NCBI GenBank assembly: GCA_018815925.1
Contig: JAHIWS010000020.1
Location: forward strand, 23,993-87,992
Direction of reading: 5' to 3'
Source of the DNA: Nanobdellota archaeon
GTDB taxonomy: Archaea; Nanobdellota; Nanobdellia; Pacearchaeales; GW2011-AR1
Length of the DNA stretch: 64,000 nucleotides
Shown: piece by piece, positions 48,938 to 59,622 of the stretch
Numbering within the stretch: the first letter of the stretch is position 1
Layout: the number at the start of each line of letters is the position of its first letter
Position numbers and translations under genes: made by a program
Notes under the pieces: generated by a model
Seen by the model: only the letters and a program-made list of their open reading frames with translations
What the model was told of the DNA's origin: nothing
Databases searched by the model: none

Positions 48938-50179
48938 GATAATGTTTGTTACTTTTATGCCTGATTCTAAGGCTACATTCATATTTCTTATTTGAGGGTA
49001 TGTTAGTTGAATTCCTGCAAAATAAACATCCCTTAGGGGGGTTTTGTAGGGTGGCATATATTTAGGATACTTAATATCATATATTGGTTCTGCATATTTT
49101 GTTTTAAACACTTTTGCCCATTTTATTTTGGATAGGGGGTAATATTTTTTTATTACCTGAAGGTATTCTTTTTTTATTATTTCTTCACTTAAATTCAAGT
49201 CCTCTTCACTTCCACCATATCTTAAAATCCAGTTTATTTTATCTTTATAATTATCAGAAAGAACAGAATGTTGCATCAAAATATGTATTTTTTCATTAAA
49301 AAAATTTGTCCAATAAACTCCCTTTTCTAAAAAATTTTCGCTTCCAAAACACACACTTACTGCAGGACAATATTTTATTTTTGATAATTGCTCTTTGAAT
49401 GGTTTGGGGATTCCAATAGAAATATTTGTAAAAATTTCAAAAGGAATTGTATTTATTAAAATATCGTAATTTATTTTTTTACCTGAATTAATCAAATACT
49501 TTCCATTTAAGTTGATTTTTTGTATTTTTGAATTTATTTTTATTTTTCCTTTGTTTTTTTTAATTTCTCTTTCTAATCCATCTATAATACACTGGTATCC
49601 TTTTTCTGGAAATGAAAAAAAATCTTGAATTTCTTTTTCATATAATCTATGTGCAAATTGTTTAGCAGAAATTTTGTTTAAAGATACACCAAATTTGTTT
49701 CTTGAATATAAATGGAAAAAAATTTTTTGAGTTACAACTTTTCCAGCGTATTTATCTAGCCATTTTTGAGCATCAAGATTTTCAGATATTTTTTTTGGAT
49801 TTAATATAAATAAAGTATATGCTCCGAAAAGACCAAACCTTATTTTTTCATATAAATTAAGATACTTGAATTTTAACAAACCAAAAAAAGAATTAATTGG
49901 GTTGATTTTTTTATTAATTCCTATAGACACCTTAATTCTTTGCCAATTTAACTTAACTTCTTTTGAAAATCTTTGCAAGTATATCTGAGTAATTTTATTG
50001 CTTTTTATTATGTGGTGATAATACTTTGGAATTGTTTCTCCTTTATGATTAAAATTAGCAGCTAAGCCTCCTAAATAAGATTCTTTTTCAAAAATTTTAA
50101 CATTAAAGTATTTAGAAAGAATTTCTCCTGCTGTTAACCCTGCCAAACCACCTCCTAAAATAACAATTGTCTTTTTCAT
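48917..50179 (-). CDS. FAD-dependent oxidoreductase (amine oxidase / protoporphyrinogen oxidase-like fold)
   Basis: GGGLAGL, E..LGGLA, YYHHI, YFAG...RNMNVALESG. Confidence 0.85.
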   Translation of the reverse strand: MKKTIVILGGGLAGLTAGEILSKYFNVKIFEKESYLGGLAANFNHKGETIPKYYHHIIKSNKITQIYLQRFSKEVKLNWQRIKVSIGINKKINPINSFFGLLKFKYLNLYEKIRFGLFGAYTLFILNPKKISENLDAQKWLDKYAGKVVTQKIFFHLYSRNKFGVSLNKISAKQFAHRLYEKEIQDFFSFPEKGYQCIIDGLEREIKKNKGKIKINSKIQKINLNGKYLINSGKKINYDILINTIPFEIFTNISIGIPKPFKEQLSKIKYCPAVSVCFGSENFLEKGVYWTNFFNEKIHILMQHSVLSDNYKDKINWILRYGGSEEDLNLSEEIIKKEYLQVIKKYYPLSKIKWAKVFKTKYAEPIYDIKYPKYMPPYKTPLRDVYFAGIQLTYPQIRNMNVALESGIKVTNIILKDFFK

Positions 50180-51111
50180 TTTTGCATAAAATTTGTTAAA
50201 ATATAGTTTTTAGAATTTATCATTTCTTTTACTCCTTGTTTATAAGAAGTATATTTTATTCCAAATTCTTTTTCCCAATTATCAACAGCAAATATGTCTC
50301 CAGCAGTTAAAGCTTTTAATTGATCTACTACAAAAGCTTTTCTATTTGTAAAAAAATTATGTATTTTCAATAAAAAAACAAATATTGGTATAGGCACCTT
50401 AATAAAAATTTTATTTTGTTTATTTTGTTTATAGATTTCTTTAATTAAATCAATAAAATATATTTGTTCTTTTCCTATTATGCTGTAAATTTTATTTTTT
50501 GGTTTTTTTTCTATTAATTTTAAAAGTATCTTAATAAAATTTTTAACATATAATGGTTGCCTTATATAATCTCCTTTTCCAGGAAAAATAATTATAGGTG
50601 ACTTTTCAAATTTTTTTACAATAAAATTTAAATGTTTAATATCAAAACAACCATACATTAAAGGGGGTCTTAAAATAGTGTGGGGGATTTTACTTTTTTT
50701 AACAAGGTATTCTCCTATTTTTTTCGTATTAGTATAATAATCTTTTGCAATAGACATTACAACAGAAGAACTAATATGGATTAAATTTTTAATTTTATTT
50801 TCTTCACAGGTTTTAATTATATTTTCTACACTTTTTATGTTATTTTTAATATAGGGGATCTTTTCAGAATCTGAAATTTGTGCTTGTAATTGAATAACAC
50901 AAAAACCATTCTCAAAATACCTCCCCCAAAATTTATCTAAAACAGATAAATCAGCACATACTGTTTGAATTTTAGGATTAATTTTCTTTGCTAATCTTAA
51001 ATTATTTTTATTTTTATCTATTGCAATTACATTGTATTTTTCACAATTTATTGAATTTAACAGATTTAACCCCACAAGTCCGGCTGCCCCTGTAATTATA
51101 ATTTTTTTCAT
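50176..51111 (-). CDS. NAD-dependent epimerase/SDR
   Basis: TGAAGLVG, YTNTK, LRPPLMYG. Confidence 0.85.
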   Translation of the reverse strand: MKKIIITGAAGLVGLNLLNSINCEKYNVIAIDKNKNNLRLAKKINPKIQTVCADLSVLDKFWGRYFENGFCVIQLQAQISDSEKIPYIKNNIKSVENIIKTCEENKIKNLIHISSSVVMSIAKDYYTNTKKIGEYLVKKSKIPHTILRPPLMYGCFDIKHLNFIVKKFEKSPIIIFPGKGDYIRQPLYVKNFIKILLKLIEKKPKNKIYSIIGKEQIYFIDLIKEIYKQNKQNKIFIKVPIPIFVFLLKIHNFFTNRKAFVVDQLKALTAGDIFAVDNWEKEFGIKYTSYKQGVKEMINSKNYILTNFMQK

Positions 51112-51193
51112 AAAATTTAGGATTTTTAAGAATATTTAAAATTATATAGCCTGGAATAGTCATCTTTTTAAAGATTTTTTTTTTCAATAATCA

Positions 51194-51814
51194 ATGGACC
51201 AACACAATTTACTTTTAAAATTCAAATTAGAAAAAGTTGCCTCCTTGATTAAACCAAATTCAGTAGTTTTAGACATAGGATGTTATGATGGGAGGTTAAA
51301 AAAATTTATTCCTTCTTGTGATTATTATGGTATTGATGTTAATAAAGAATGCATAGATAAATTAAAAAAACAAAGAATAAAAGCAAAACAAGTTGATTTA
51401 AACAAAGAAGAAATTCCCTTTAAACCAAAAAAATTTGACTATATTTTTTTATTAGATATTTTAGAGCATTTAGTGGACCCAAAAAAACTTCTATTAAAAT
51501 TAAAAGAAAGATTAAAACCTCATAGCAAATTAATAATTACCTTACCTAATGATTACCATATTTTAAATAAAATAAGATTTTTATTTAATAAGTCACTTAC
51601 AGAAAATCCATTTAATCCCTTTGGTCACCTTCATTTTTTTCCTATTTCTTTTGCAGATAGTTTTTTAAAAGAACAAGGATATGAAATTTTGAAAAAAGAA
51701 TTTTTAGCTCCTGTAAAACCTTTGATTCTCCCAAAGGGCTTAAAAAACATATTATCTAACTTATTTCCACAAACATTTTCTAGAAACATACTTTATGCTG
51801 TTAAACTTAGCTAG
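51194..51814 (+). CDS. Class I SAM-dependent methyltransferase
   Basis: VLDIGCYDG, DILEHL. Confidence 0.88.
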   Translation: MDQHNLLLKFKLEKVASLIKPNSVVLDIGCYDGRLKKFIPSCDYYGIDVNKECIDKLKKQRIKAKQVDLNKEEIPFKPKKFDYIFLLDILEHLVDPKKLLLKLKERLKPHSKLIITLPNDYHILNKIRFLFNKSLTENPFNPFGHLHFFPISFADSFLKEQGYEILKKEFLAPVKPLILPKGLKNILSNLFPQTFSRNILYAVKLS

Positions 51815-51821
51815 AAATTTC

Positions 51822-53159
51822 TTAAGCTTTATTGTATACACAAAGTTCTTTATAACATCTATTTAATTTAAAATTATTTGGTTTTTTTGCATCTTTTCTA
51901 AGTACAAGAACGTAGTTTTCATAGGTTATATCTTCTGTTCTTTTAAAATTAGCAACTATTTCTAAATCACTTTTTAGTTTTAGTTTAGGCTCCACACCTA
52001 ATTTATAACTTCTAATAATTGTTTTATTCTCAATACTTGCTTCATAATCCTCCCACCAAACAAACCTTGGATTATCTTTCCACCAAAAAGCAGCAAGAAC
52101 AGTGGCTTCTGAAGGTCCTGCTATAACATAATCTACCTCAAAATCTTGATTTATTTGTTTTAGGTCTCTTTGTATCAAAATTTCACCATTAATCCCAAAA
52201 AAACTAAAAATAAGAACTATTATGAATATGGTTGAAATTATATTATTTATTTTAATTTCTTTATCATTTAAACTTTTACTTAACAAAATCAAAATTATAG
52301 GAGAGAGAATTAAAAAATACTTTAATTGTTGCACCCTTAATAAAAATATCAAACCAGATATACTAAGAAAAATTAGGTGTTTTTTATATTTATTAAAATT
52401 AATTTTACAAATTTTAAACAAAAATGGAGAAATTAAAACAACAATACTCAAAATCCAGAAATTTGATAAAAAATTTATTCCTTTTGTTAAAGGGTTTAGT
52501 CCTAAAAAAACCATAAAGTTATTTCCAAAATACCTAATTAAAGAATAAAAAGGCATTTTAAAGAGGTAGTACTCTTGTATACCTCTTGGGAGAAAACCTA
52601 TAAAAATAGCAACTACATATTTCACAACATTTACAAAGGAATTTTTCCAAAAATAAACTAATATAAAAATTGTTCCAATTAATATCATGGGTGTATAAAA
52701 GGCACAAGCTATTCCCAAAAATAAACCGGAATAAAGTAACCTATGTTTTGAGTCTTTTTTATAAAAAAAGATAAAAGATAACAAAAAAACAAATGTTGCT
52801 GGTAAAACAGGAGTTGTTTGAATAGAAACGTACCATGTTAAAGGAGAAAAAGCAAAGAGTATAAAAGCGGTTTTATTCTTTAACCAAAATAGCAAAACAA
52901 CACCAATTAAAAAAACCCACAAAATATTAACTATTTTTAACATTATAAAACTAGGCCAAACTTTCAAGAATAAAGAAATAAGTGCAGGATAAATTAAAGC
53001 ATGACCAGAAAAAAGGTTAATATTTTTAATCCCTGCAAAATTTTTTGCAATATTGATATACTCGTAGGAATCATGAAAACCTATTTTTGTAGAAAAAACA
53101 GCAAATAGGACTAATAAACAACCAAAAAAAATTAAGTGTTGGTGTTCTTTTTTTACCAT
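51822..53159 (-). CDS. Polytopic membrane protein, likely GT-C glycosyltransferase
   Basis: FHDSYEY...H..IYP first loop, many TM helices, soluble C-terminal domain. Confidence 0.6.
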   Translation of the reverse strand: MVKKEHQHLIFFGCLLVLFAVFSTKIGFHDSYEYINIAKNFAGIKNINLFSGHALIYPALISLFLKVWPSFIMLKIVNILWVFLIGVVLLFWLKNKTAFILFAFSPLTWYVSIQTTPVLPATFVFLLSFIFFYKKDSKHRLLYSGLFLGIACAFYTPMILIGTIFILVYFWKNSFVNVVKYVVAIFIGFLPRGIQEYYLFKMPFYSLIRYFGNNFMVFLGLNPLTKGINFLSNFWILSIVVLISPFLFKICKINFNKYKKHLIFLSISGLIFLLRVQQLKYFLILSPIILILLSKSLNDKEIKINNIISTIFIIVLIFSFFGINGEILIQRDLKQINQDFEVDYVIAGPSEATVLAAFWWKDNPRFVWWEDYEASIENKTIIRSYKLGVEPKLKLKSDLEIVANFKRTEDITYENYVLVLRKDAKKPNNFKLNRCYKELCVYNKA

Positions 53160-53265
53160 CTTTCTTATGGTTTTTTCTGTTTTAAATAAATTTCTACACT
53201 CTTTTTAAGCTAAATAATTAAAAAACCTCAGCAACCTTTATAAGCTTCTTTTAATAGGGAAAAAG

Positions 53266-53679
53266 ATGAGGTCTTTTAAGAGAATTTTTAATAGGGAGAT
53301 TTATAAACAATTTTTCAGATTTTGTTTCATAGGGTTGACAATTACTGTCTTTTCTTATATACTTTTTTTAATTTTGTATTATTTTTTGTCAATTAATTAT
53401 ATTTTTTCAGCAGGAGCAGGATTTATTGGAGGGGTTTTATTGGGCTTTGTTTTTAATAAAATCTATACTTTTAAGTCTAAAAGAAAATCTTTTTCAACAA
53501 TTTTACAATATTTTTTAGTTTATGGGTTTTCTCTCTTTTTTACGATGTGGTTAATTAAATTTTTAGTAGAAAAGATGTATTTTAATCCAATAGTAGCAAA
53601 CTTAATCCTTCAACCATTTATTGTATTAATTAATTTTTTTGGAACAAAAATACTCGTATTTAAAAATAAAAAATGGTAG
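53266..53679 (+). CDS. GtrA-family protein
   Basis: QFFRFCFIG, FVFNKIYTF, NFFGTKILVF. Confidence 0.9.
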   Translation: MRSFKRIFNREIYKQFFRFCFIGLTITVFSYILFLILYYFLSINYIFSAGAGFIGGVLLGFVFNKIYTFKSKRKSFSTILQYFLVYGFSLFFTMWLIKFLVEKMYFNPIVANLILQPFIVLINFFGTKILVFKNKKW

Positions 53680-55208
53680 AAAAAACAAAAGATTATAAGT
53701 TAGAAAAAAACTTAAAATTAATAGCTAAAACTTCTATGGTTGTTTTTATTGGTATTTTTTTATCAAAACTTTTAATGTATATTTATAAAATTATCATTGC
53801 GAGATATTTTGGACCAGAAATTTATGGTGTTTTTTCTTTGTCAATAATGGTTCTTGGATGGATCCTATCTTTTGCTGCTTTGGGTCTTTCAGAGGGGTTT
53901 TTGAGATTTGTTCCGCTTTATAGAGGAGAAAAAGGAGCAAACAAAATAAAATCTCTTTTTAGATTTTCAATGATTTTATTAATTTCAACAAGTATTTTTT
54001 CAGGACTAATTTTATTCTTTTTAGCTGACTTTATAGCAATAAATTTTTTCCATAATGCATTACTGGGAAGATTTTTAAAATATTTTAGTTTCTTAATTCC
54101 TGCATATCTTCTTTCAACCTTTTTTGTATCAACATTAAGATCATTTGAAAAAATTTCTTTATTTTCTTTCTTAACAAATATATTTCAAAATGTTATTAAA
54201 GTAGGTTCCTTGGGTTTATTTATTTTTTTAGGATTTAAGGTTAATTCAGTTATTTTTTCATATCTTGTAGGAATTTTTTCTTTGCTTATTGTATCCTATT
54301 TTGTTTGTAAGAAAAAAACACCTGAAATTTTTGGAAAATCTTTTTTAGATAAAAAAGCCAAATCAAATATCATTTCAGATTTTTTTTCATATTCTTGGCC
54401 ACTAATGTTTTTCTCTTTTAGTGTTAGTATTTTTCCTTGGATAGATTCTTTTGCAATAGGGTTTTTTAAAAATGTTTATGATGTAGGAATATATAATGCA
54501 GCAGTTCCTATTGCTTTTCTTCTTTATTTTGCTCCAGAAATATTTGTTCAATTATTTTTTCCATTAATCACTAAAGAATTTTCGAGAAAGAACTTAGATT
54601 TAATTAGAGAATTAAGCAAACAAGTAGGGAAATGGATATTTGCATTAAATTTACCTTTTTTATTGATTTTAATAGCTTTTCCAGGGGCAATAATAAATCT
54701 TTTGTTTGGACCACAATATATAGAGGTTGAACAAGCTTTGAGGATTTTATCTTTTGGTGTTTTCTTAGCATCCATATTTAGGATTTCTGATGTTTTAATA
54801 GCGATGAAAGGAAAATCAAAAATAATTTTGATAAATATTGTTGTAGCTTCTACAATAAATCTATTTCTGAATTTTTTGTTAGTCCCAAAATATGGGCTCA
54901 TCGGAGCTGCCTTATCTACAACTATTTCTTATGTTATATTAAGCATGATGCAAATGTTTGAAGCTAAACATTATCTTTCTATAGTTCCTTTAAAAAGAGA
55001 GATTATAAAAATATTATTAGTTTCAATGATTCCCTTAACTTTACTTTTAATTATAAAACAGTTTTTACCCTCCACTATTATGGGGATTATATTACAAGGA
55101 ATCTTTTTTGTCTTAGTATATATTTTATTGATTTTGTCAACTAAATGTTTAGATAAAAATGATTGGATGATCTTGAAAACAATCAAAAATAAATTGTTTT
55201 TTAAATAA
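53673..55208 (+). CDS. Wzx/MOP-family flippase
   Basis: ARYFGPEIYG, VGIYNAA, LVPKYGLIGAA. Confidence 0.92.
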   Translation: MVEKTKDYKLEKNLKLIAKTSMVVFIGIFLSKLLMYIYKIIIARYFGPEIYGVFSLSIMVLGWILSFAALGLSEGFLRFVPLYRGEKGANKIKSLFRFSMILLISTSIFSGLILFFLADFIAINFFHNALLGRFLKYFSFLIPAYLLSTFFVSTLRSFEKISLFSFLTNIFQNVIKVGSLGLFIFLGFKVNSVIFSYLVGIFSLLIVSYFVCKKKTPEIFGKSFLDKKAKSNIISDFFSYSWPLMFFSFSVSIFPWIDSFAIGFFKNVYDVGIYNAAVPIAFLLYFAPEIFVQLFFPLITKEFSRKNLDLIRELSKQVGKWIFALNLPFLLILIAFPGAIINLLFGPQYIEVEQALRILSFGVFLASIFRISDVLIAMKGKSKIILINIVVASTINLFLNFLLVPKYGLIGAALSTTISYVILSMMQMFEAKHYLSIVPLKREIIKILLVSMIPLTLLLIIKQFLPSTIMGIILQGIFFVLVYILLILSTKCLDKNDWMILKTIKNKLFFK

Positions 55209-55243
55209 GCAAATTTTAAAAACAGACCCTTTCTATATTTAAA

Positions 55244-56122
55244 ATGATTAATAAAACAAAGTATTTTTTATTTAGTTTTGTTCCAAAAAGGTTTAGGAAA
55301 ATTTTAAAAAATTTTTATTATGATTTTATAGCTTACCCTTTGCATGCCTTAAAAAACAGATATTTTTATGGGGTACCAGATTTTTTTGACGGCATTGCAT
55401 TAGAAACAACCACTTATTGTAATTTAAGGTGTGAATTTTGTCCAAATAGTAAATATCCTAGGGGATTAAAGAAAAACACCAAACTAATGGATCTTCATTT
55501 AATAAAAAAAATAATAAATGAATTATCTGAAATAAGGTTTAGAGGAAGAGTTTTTCTTCATTTTTATGGGGAACCCCTTACTGATGAAAGATTACCCGAA
55601 ATTCTTTCCTATATTAAGAAGAAACTTCCTAAAAATCCTGTCCAAATCAATACAAATGGATTTTTACTAACACTAGATAAGTACAAGCAATTAATTAAAT
55701 TAGGAGTAGATAAATTTATGGTAAGCCAATACGGAAAAACAATGCCGGTTCCAATAAAAAAAATTTTAGATTATTTAAAAAACAAACCAAAAAACCAAAA
55801 CAAAATTCATTATAGAGTATTTAATGAAAATTCTTCAGGAATTTCTACTAGGGGGGGAGAAATAGCCTTGGAGCATGCAATTGATTTTGAGAGGCCTATT
55901 TGCACTTATCCAGGGGTTGCCTTATCAATTAATTATGCTGGAGATGTAATGGTTTGTTGTAATGATTATCATCATACAATGGATGTAGGAAATTTGAAAA
56001 AAGAATCATTAATGGAAATATGGAAAAAACCAAAGTATGTTAAATTTAGAAAAGATCTCAGAAATAAGAAATTTCTTTTGCCTATTTGCAAATTATGTGT
56101 AGGGAAAAATGAAAAAACTTAA
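55244..56122 (+). CDS. Radical SAM/SPASM protein
   Basis: CNLRCEFC, YGEP, GDVMVCC, CKLC. Confidence 0.9.
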   Translation: MINKTKYFLFSFVPKRFRKILKNFYYDFIAYPLHALKNRYFYGVPDFFDGIALETTTYCNLRCEFCPNSKYPRGLKKNTKLMDLHLIKKIINELSEIRFRGRVFLHFYGEPLTDERLPEILSYIKKKLPKNPVQINTNGFLLTLDKYKQLIKLGVDKFMVSQYGKTMPVPIKKILDYLKNKPKNQNKIHYRVFNENSSGISTRGGEIALEHAIDFERPICTYPGVALSINYAGDVMVCCNDYHHTMDVGNLKKESLMEIWKKPKYVKFRKDLRNKKFLLPICKLCVGKNEKT

Positions 56123-56588
56123 TTTAGGTTGTGGAGAAGACCTCAAAAAGGGATGGGATAATGTAGATATAAGGAAATTACCTGGAATTACAAATGTTTT
56201 TGATCTTGATAAATATCCTTATCCTTTCAAGAATAATACCTATAATGAAGTTTTGATGAAAATGATTTTAGAACATTTAAAAGAACCAATAAAAACCTTA
56301 AAAGAGGTAATAAGAATTTCTAAACCTAATGCAAAACTAACCATTATTGTACCTCATGCATTTTCTTATGCTAGCAAAACAGATATACAACATAAAACAA
56401 ATTTTACTGAAAATTCTTTTACAGAAGAGTTATTAAAACAATATGCGTTGACTAACCTAAGATTAATTGGAAAATCATTTATTTTTAAAAACAACTGGAA
56501 AAGGTTCATTCCTTTTAAAAATTATCTAAAGATTTTTTTTAATGGGGTTTATGAAGATATTTGTTTTGAATTTATAATAAAAAAATGA
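56109..56588 (+). CDS. SAM-dependent methyltransferase
   Basis: LNLGCG, ILEHL. Confidence 0.85.
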   Translation: MKKLNLGCGEDLKKGWDNVDIRKLPGITNVFDLDKYPYPFKNNTYNEVLMKMILEHLKEPIKTLKEVIRISKPNAKLTIIVPHAFSYASKTDIQHKTNFTENSFTEELLKQYALTNLRLIGKSFIFKNNWKRFIPFKNYLKIFFNGVYEDICFEFIIKK

Positions 56589-57664
56589 AAATTGCCATCT
56601 TTATCCCATATATAGGGGGCCTAGGAGGTCACCAAAGAGTAATTGTGAAGTTAGCTACTTATCTTGAATCCAAAAAACACAAGGTAGAATTATTTACCCA
56701 AAGACATAATAAAGAAAATTCAATCCCTGGATTTAAAAACCTTAAAATAAATATTCTAAAGCCCTCACAAAAAATTTTTGCCCCTTTTGTTTTTTTGTTC
56801 AAAAAAATTAAAAATTTTGATGTGGTGGTAGTAGGGGCTTTTCCAGCGACTCTTTCCACAATTAGAAATAAACCCTCTTTTTATATTTGTTATACTCCTA
56901 AAAGAGATTTTTATGACTTAAAAAAATTTGCACTAAAAAATTCCTCTTTTTTTGGAAAATTAAAAATCTTTTTGAAAAATCTTTTTTTTAAAAAAATTGA
57001 TTTTATTGCAGCTCAAAAAGCAACAGTGATATCTCCAATTAGCAAAACAATTCAAAAAAGAACACAAAAGTATTATAAAAGAAAGACAACAGGAATAATA
57101 TACCCTGGAATTGATTTTAATAGTTATAAAACAGGAAAATATGGGGATTATCTTCTTTGTGTTTCAAGGTTTCTCCCTGCTAAAAGAGTTGATTTAGTAA
57201 TTAAAGCAATGGATTTTGTCAAAAATAAAAAAATAAAATTATATATTGTTGGAGAAGGGCCAGAAGAAAAAAAACTAAAAAAATTGTCTAAGAAATATAA
57301 GGATGTTAGATTAATTGGAGAGGTTAGTGATAAGGAATTAATAAGGTTGTATTCAAAATGTCTTGCAGGAATTTATATGCCTTTTAATGAGGATTGGGGG
57401 CTTGTTCCTTTGGAATTTGGTGCCTCTGGAAAACCAACTATAGGGGCAAATGAAGGAGGATTAAGGGAGACAATCGTCGACAAAAAAACAGGATTTTTAA
57501 TTAGTAATCCAACTCCAGAAAAGATATCCAATAAAATAAACTATTTTGTACAGGATAAAAAAAGAGCAAGGAAAATGGGGGAAGAAGCCAGAAAAAGAGC
57601 AAAAAACTTTGATTGGAAAAACCTTTTACCTGAATGGGAAAAATTGATTTTAAAAGTACACTAA
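56585..57664 (+). CDS. GT4 glycosyltransferase
   Basis: GGHQR, SRFLPAKR, EDWGLVPLE. Confidence 0.92.
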   Translation: MKIAIFIPYIGGLGGHQRVIVKLATYLESKKHKVELFTQRHNKENSIPGFKNLKINILKPSQKIFAPFVFLFKKIKNFDVVVVGAFPATLSTIRNKPSFYICYTPKRDFYDLKKFALKNSSFFGKLKIFLKNLFFKKIDFIAAQKATVISPISKTIQKRTQKYYKRKTTGIIYPGIDFNSYKTGKYGDYLLCVSRFLPAKRVDLVIKAMDFVKNKKIKLYIVGEGPEEKKLKKLSKKYKDVRLIGEVSDKELIRLYSKCLAGIYMPFNEDWGLVPLEFGASGKPTIGANEGGLRETIVDKKTGFLISNPTPEKISNKINYFVQDKKRARKMGEEARKRAKNFDWKNLLPEWEKLILKVH

Positions 57665-57725
57665 CTTATTTAAATTAAAAGATTATCTAAATTTATAAAA
57701 ACAATAAAAAACTCCTTGATAAAAA

Positions 57726-58718
57726 ATGTCATTAATAAAAAAAATTCAAAATGAAACAACTAAGAATTTTATCTTCTTTTTTTATAGAAATGTTTTAATA
57801 GTAATCTTTTTAATTAAGTATCTCAACCCATTTGGAAAAAAATCTACAATTAAAGATGTCCATATTGAACTCTCAAATATTTGTAATTTAAAATGTAAAT
57901 GGTGTGCATCTTCAATAAATGAAATGAGAAAAGGACAATTTTTTAAAAAAGAACTTATGAAAAAGTTTTTAGATAATATAACTTTAGATAAAAGGTTTGA
58001 TAAACTTAGAACAATTAGATTGTGGGGAATAGGGGAATCTTTACTTAACCCGGAATTTTTAGAAGTATTAACAATGATAAAAAATTATAAAAATAAAGCA
58101 CACAAAAAACATTCTAATTTTCCAGAGATAATGTTAACTACAAATGCAACTCTTTTAAACCAAAACCTATCAAAAAAAATAGTTCAAATTGGTGCCCTAG
58201 ATGAAATAAGATTTAGTCTAGATGGAGGGACAAAAGAAAAATTTGAAAAAATAAGGGTGGGGGCAAAATGGAGTAAGGTTTATAAAAATGTTAAAAATTT
58301 TATCAAAATAAATAGGGGCAAAATAAGAGTAAAAATAGATTGTGTTATGGAAACAGAGATAGGAAAAAAAGATTATTTTTCTAAAGAGTGGGAAGAGTTA
58401 TTCAAATTAGTAGATTATCATGCTATAAGGTATCCTAGTGAATTTGATGGGAATGCTAATATTAAAATAACTACTAGAAAAGAAAAATCCCAAAAAAGTT
58501 GGATATGTTTTGCATTAATGCATTCTTTATTTATTCTAGCTAATGGAAATGTGAGTGTTTGTTGTTTAGATTGGAGTGGAAGAGGTGTTGTGGGGGATTT
58601 TAATAATGAAGATTTGTATACTATTTATACTTCTAAAAAAAGAAAAAATATGATAAATAATATTTTACTAAAAAAGAAACATAAAGTACCTTTATGTAGG
58701 AATTGTAGGTTTGTATAA
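57726..58718 (+). CDS. Radical SAM/SPASM protein
   Basis: CNLKCKWC, GNVSVCC, CRNC. Confidence 0.9.
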   Translation: MSLIKKIQNETTKNFIFFFYRNVLIVIFLIKYLNPFGKKSTIKDVHIELSNICNLKCKWCASSINEMRKGQFFKKELMKKFLDNITLDKRFDKLRTIRLWGIGESLLNPEFLEVLTMIKNYKNKAHKKHSNFPEIMLTTNATLLNQNLSKKIVQIGALDEIRFSLDGGTKEKFEKIRVGAKWSKVYKNVKNFIKINRGKIRVKIDCVMETEIGKKDYFSKEWEELFKLVDYHAIRYPSEFDGNANIKITTRKEKSQKSWICFALMHSLFILANGNVSVCCLDWSGRGVVGDFNNEDLYTIYTSKKRKNMINNILLKKKHKVPLCRNCRFV

Positions 58719-59574
58719 AATGAAAAAAGAAAACAGAAAAAAAGTATATAACACAACAGAAAGTATAAAAAAAGTATTAAGATATGTGGTGCCAAGAAAT
58801 TTAAGAAAAAAGTTAAAGAATTTATATTTTCCTGATAAAATAGCTTGGTCTATTAAAAGGAAAAATATAAAAAAATTTTATGCACATTTTATCAATAAAA
58901 ACGATTTGGTATTTGATATAGGGGCAAATAAAGGACAATTTACAGAAATTTTTGCAGAGTTAGCTAAAAAAGTAATTGTTCTAGAGCCAAATAAAGATTT
59001 GGTTAAGGTATTATTGAATAAATTTAAAAAAAATGATAAAATTATTGTAGTTCCAAAAGGAGTTTCAGATAAAGGAGAGATAAAGGATTTTTATGTTAAT
59101 TTAGATCAAGATTGCTGCTCGACTTTTTCAAAAGAGTTTAAAGAATCTAGAATAAGTAAACATACTCCTAATTGGGAAAAGAGAGATAAAATAGAAATGA
59201 CCACTTTGGATAAATTAATAGAAAAATATGGGAAACCCAAATTTATTAAGATAGATGTTGAAGGTTATGAGAAAGAAGTTCTAGGGGGGCTTAACATCCC
59301 CGTAAAGTTCCTTTCATTTGAATTCTCTAGATTATTTAAGGAATTAAAAGATACAGAAGACTGCATAAAAAAAATAAAAAAACTCAGCAAAAATTCAAAG
59401 TTCAATTTTTCTTTTTCTCATGATTATGAATTTGTTTCAGAATGGGGTAATCCAGAAAAAATTATTAAGCAAATAAAAAATACTGTTAAAAATTTAGAAG
59501 ACATAAAAGACCAAGATGAATTGTTAAAACTGTGGGGCAAGATTGGTGGAGATATTTATGTTAAAATGTTTTAG
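58711..59574 (+). CDS. FkbM-family methyltransferase
   Basis: FDIGANKG, LEPN, IKIDVEGYE. Confidence 0.92.
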   Translation: MYKMKKENRKKVYNTTESIKKVLRYVVPRNLRKKLKNLYFPDKIAWSIKRKNIKKFYAHFINKNDLVFDIGANKGQFTEIFAELAKKVIVLEPNKDLVKVLLNKFKKNDKIIVVPKGVSDKGEIKDFYVNLDQDCCSTFSKEFKESRISKHTPNWEKRDKIEMTTLDKLIEKYGKPKFIKIDVEGYEKEVLGGLNIPVKFLSFEFSRLFKELKDTEDCIKKIKKLSKNSKFNFSFSHDYEFVSEWGNPEKIIKQIKNTVKNLEDIKDQDELLKLWGKIGGDIYVKMF

Positions 59575-59622
59575 TCTATTTACCTTAATAAAATTTATAA
59601 AACACTTTATTTTAGACTTTTT

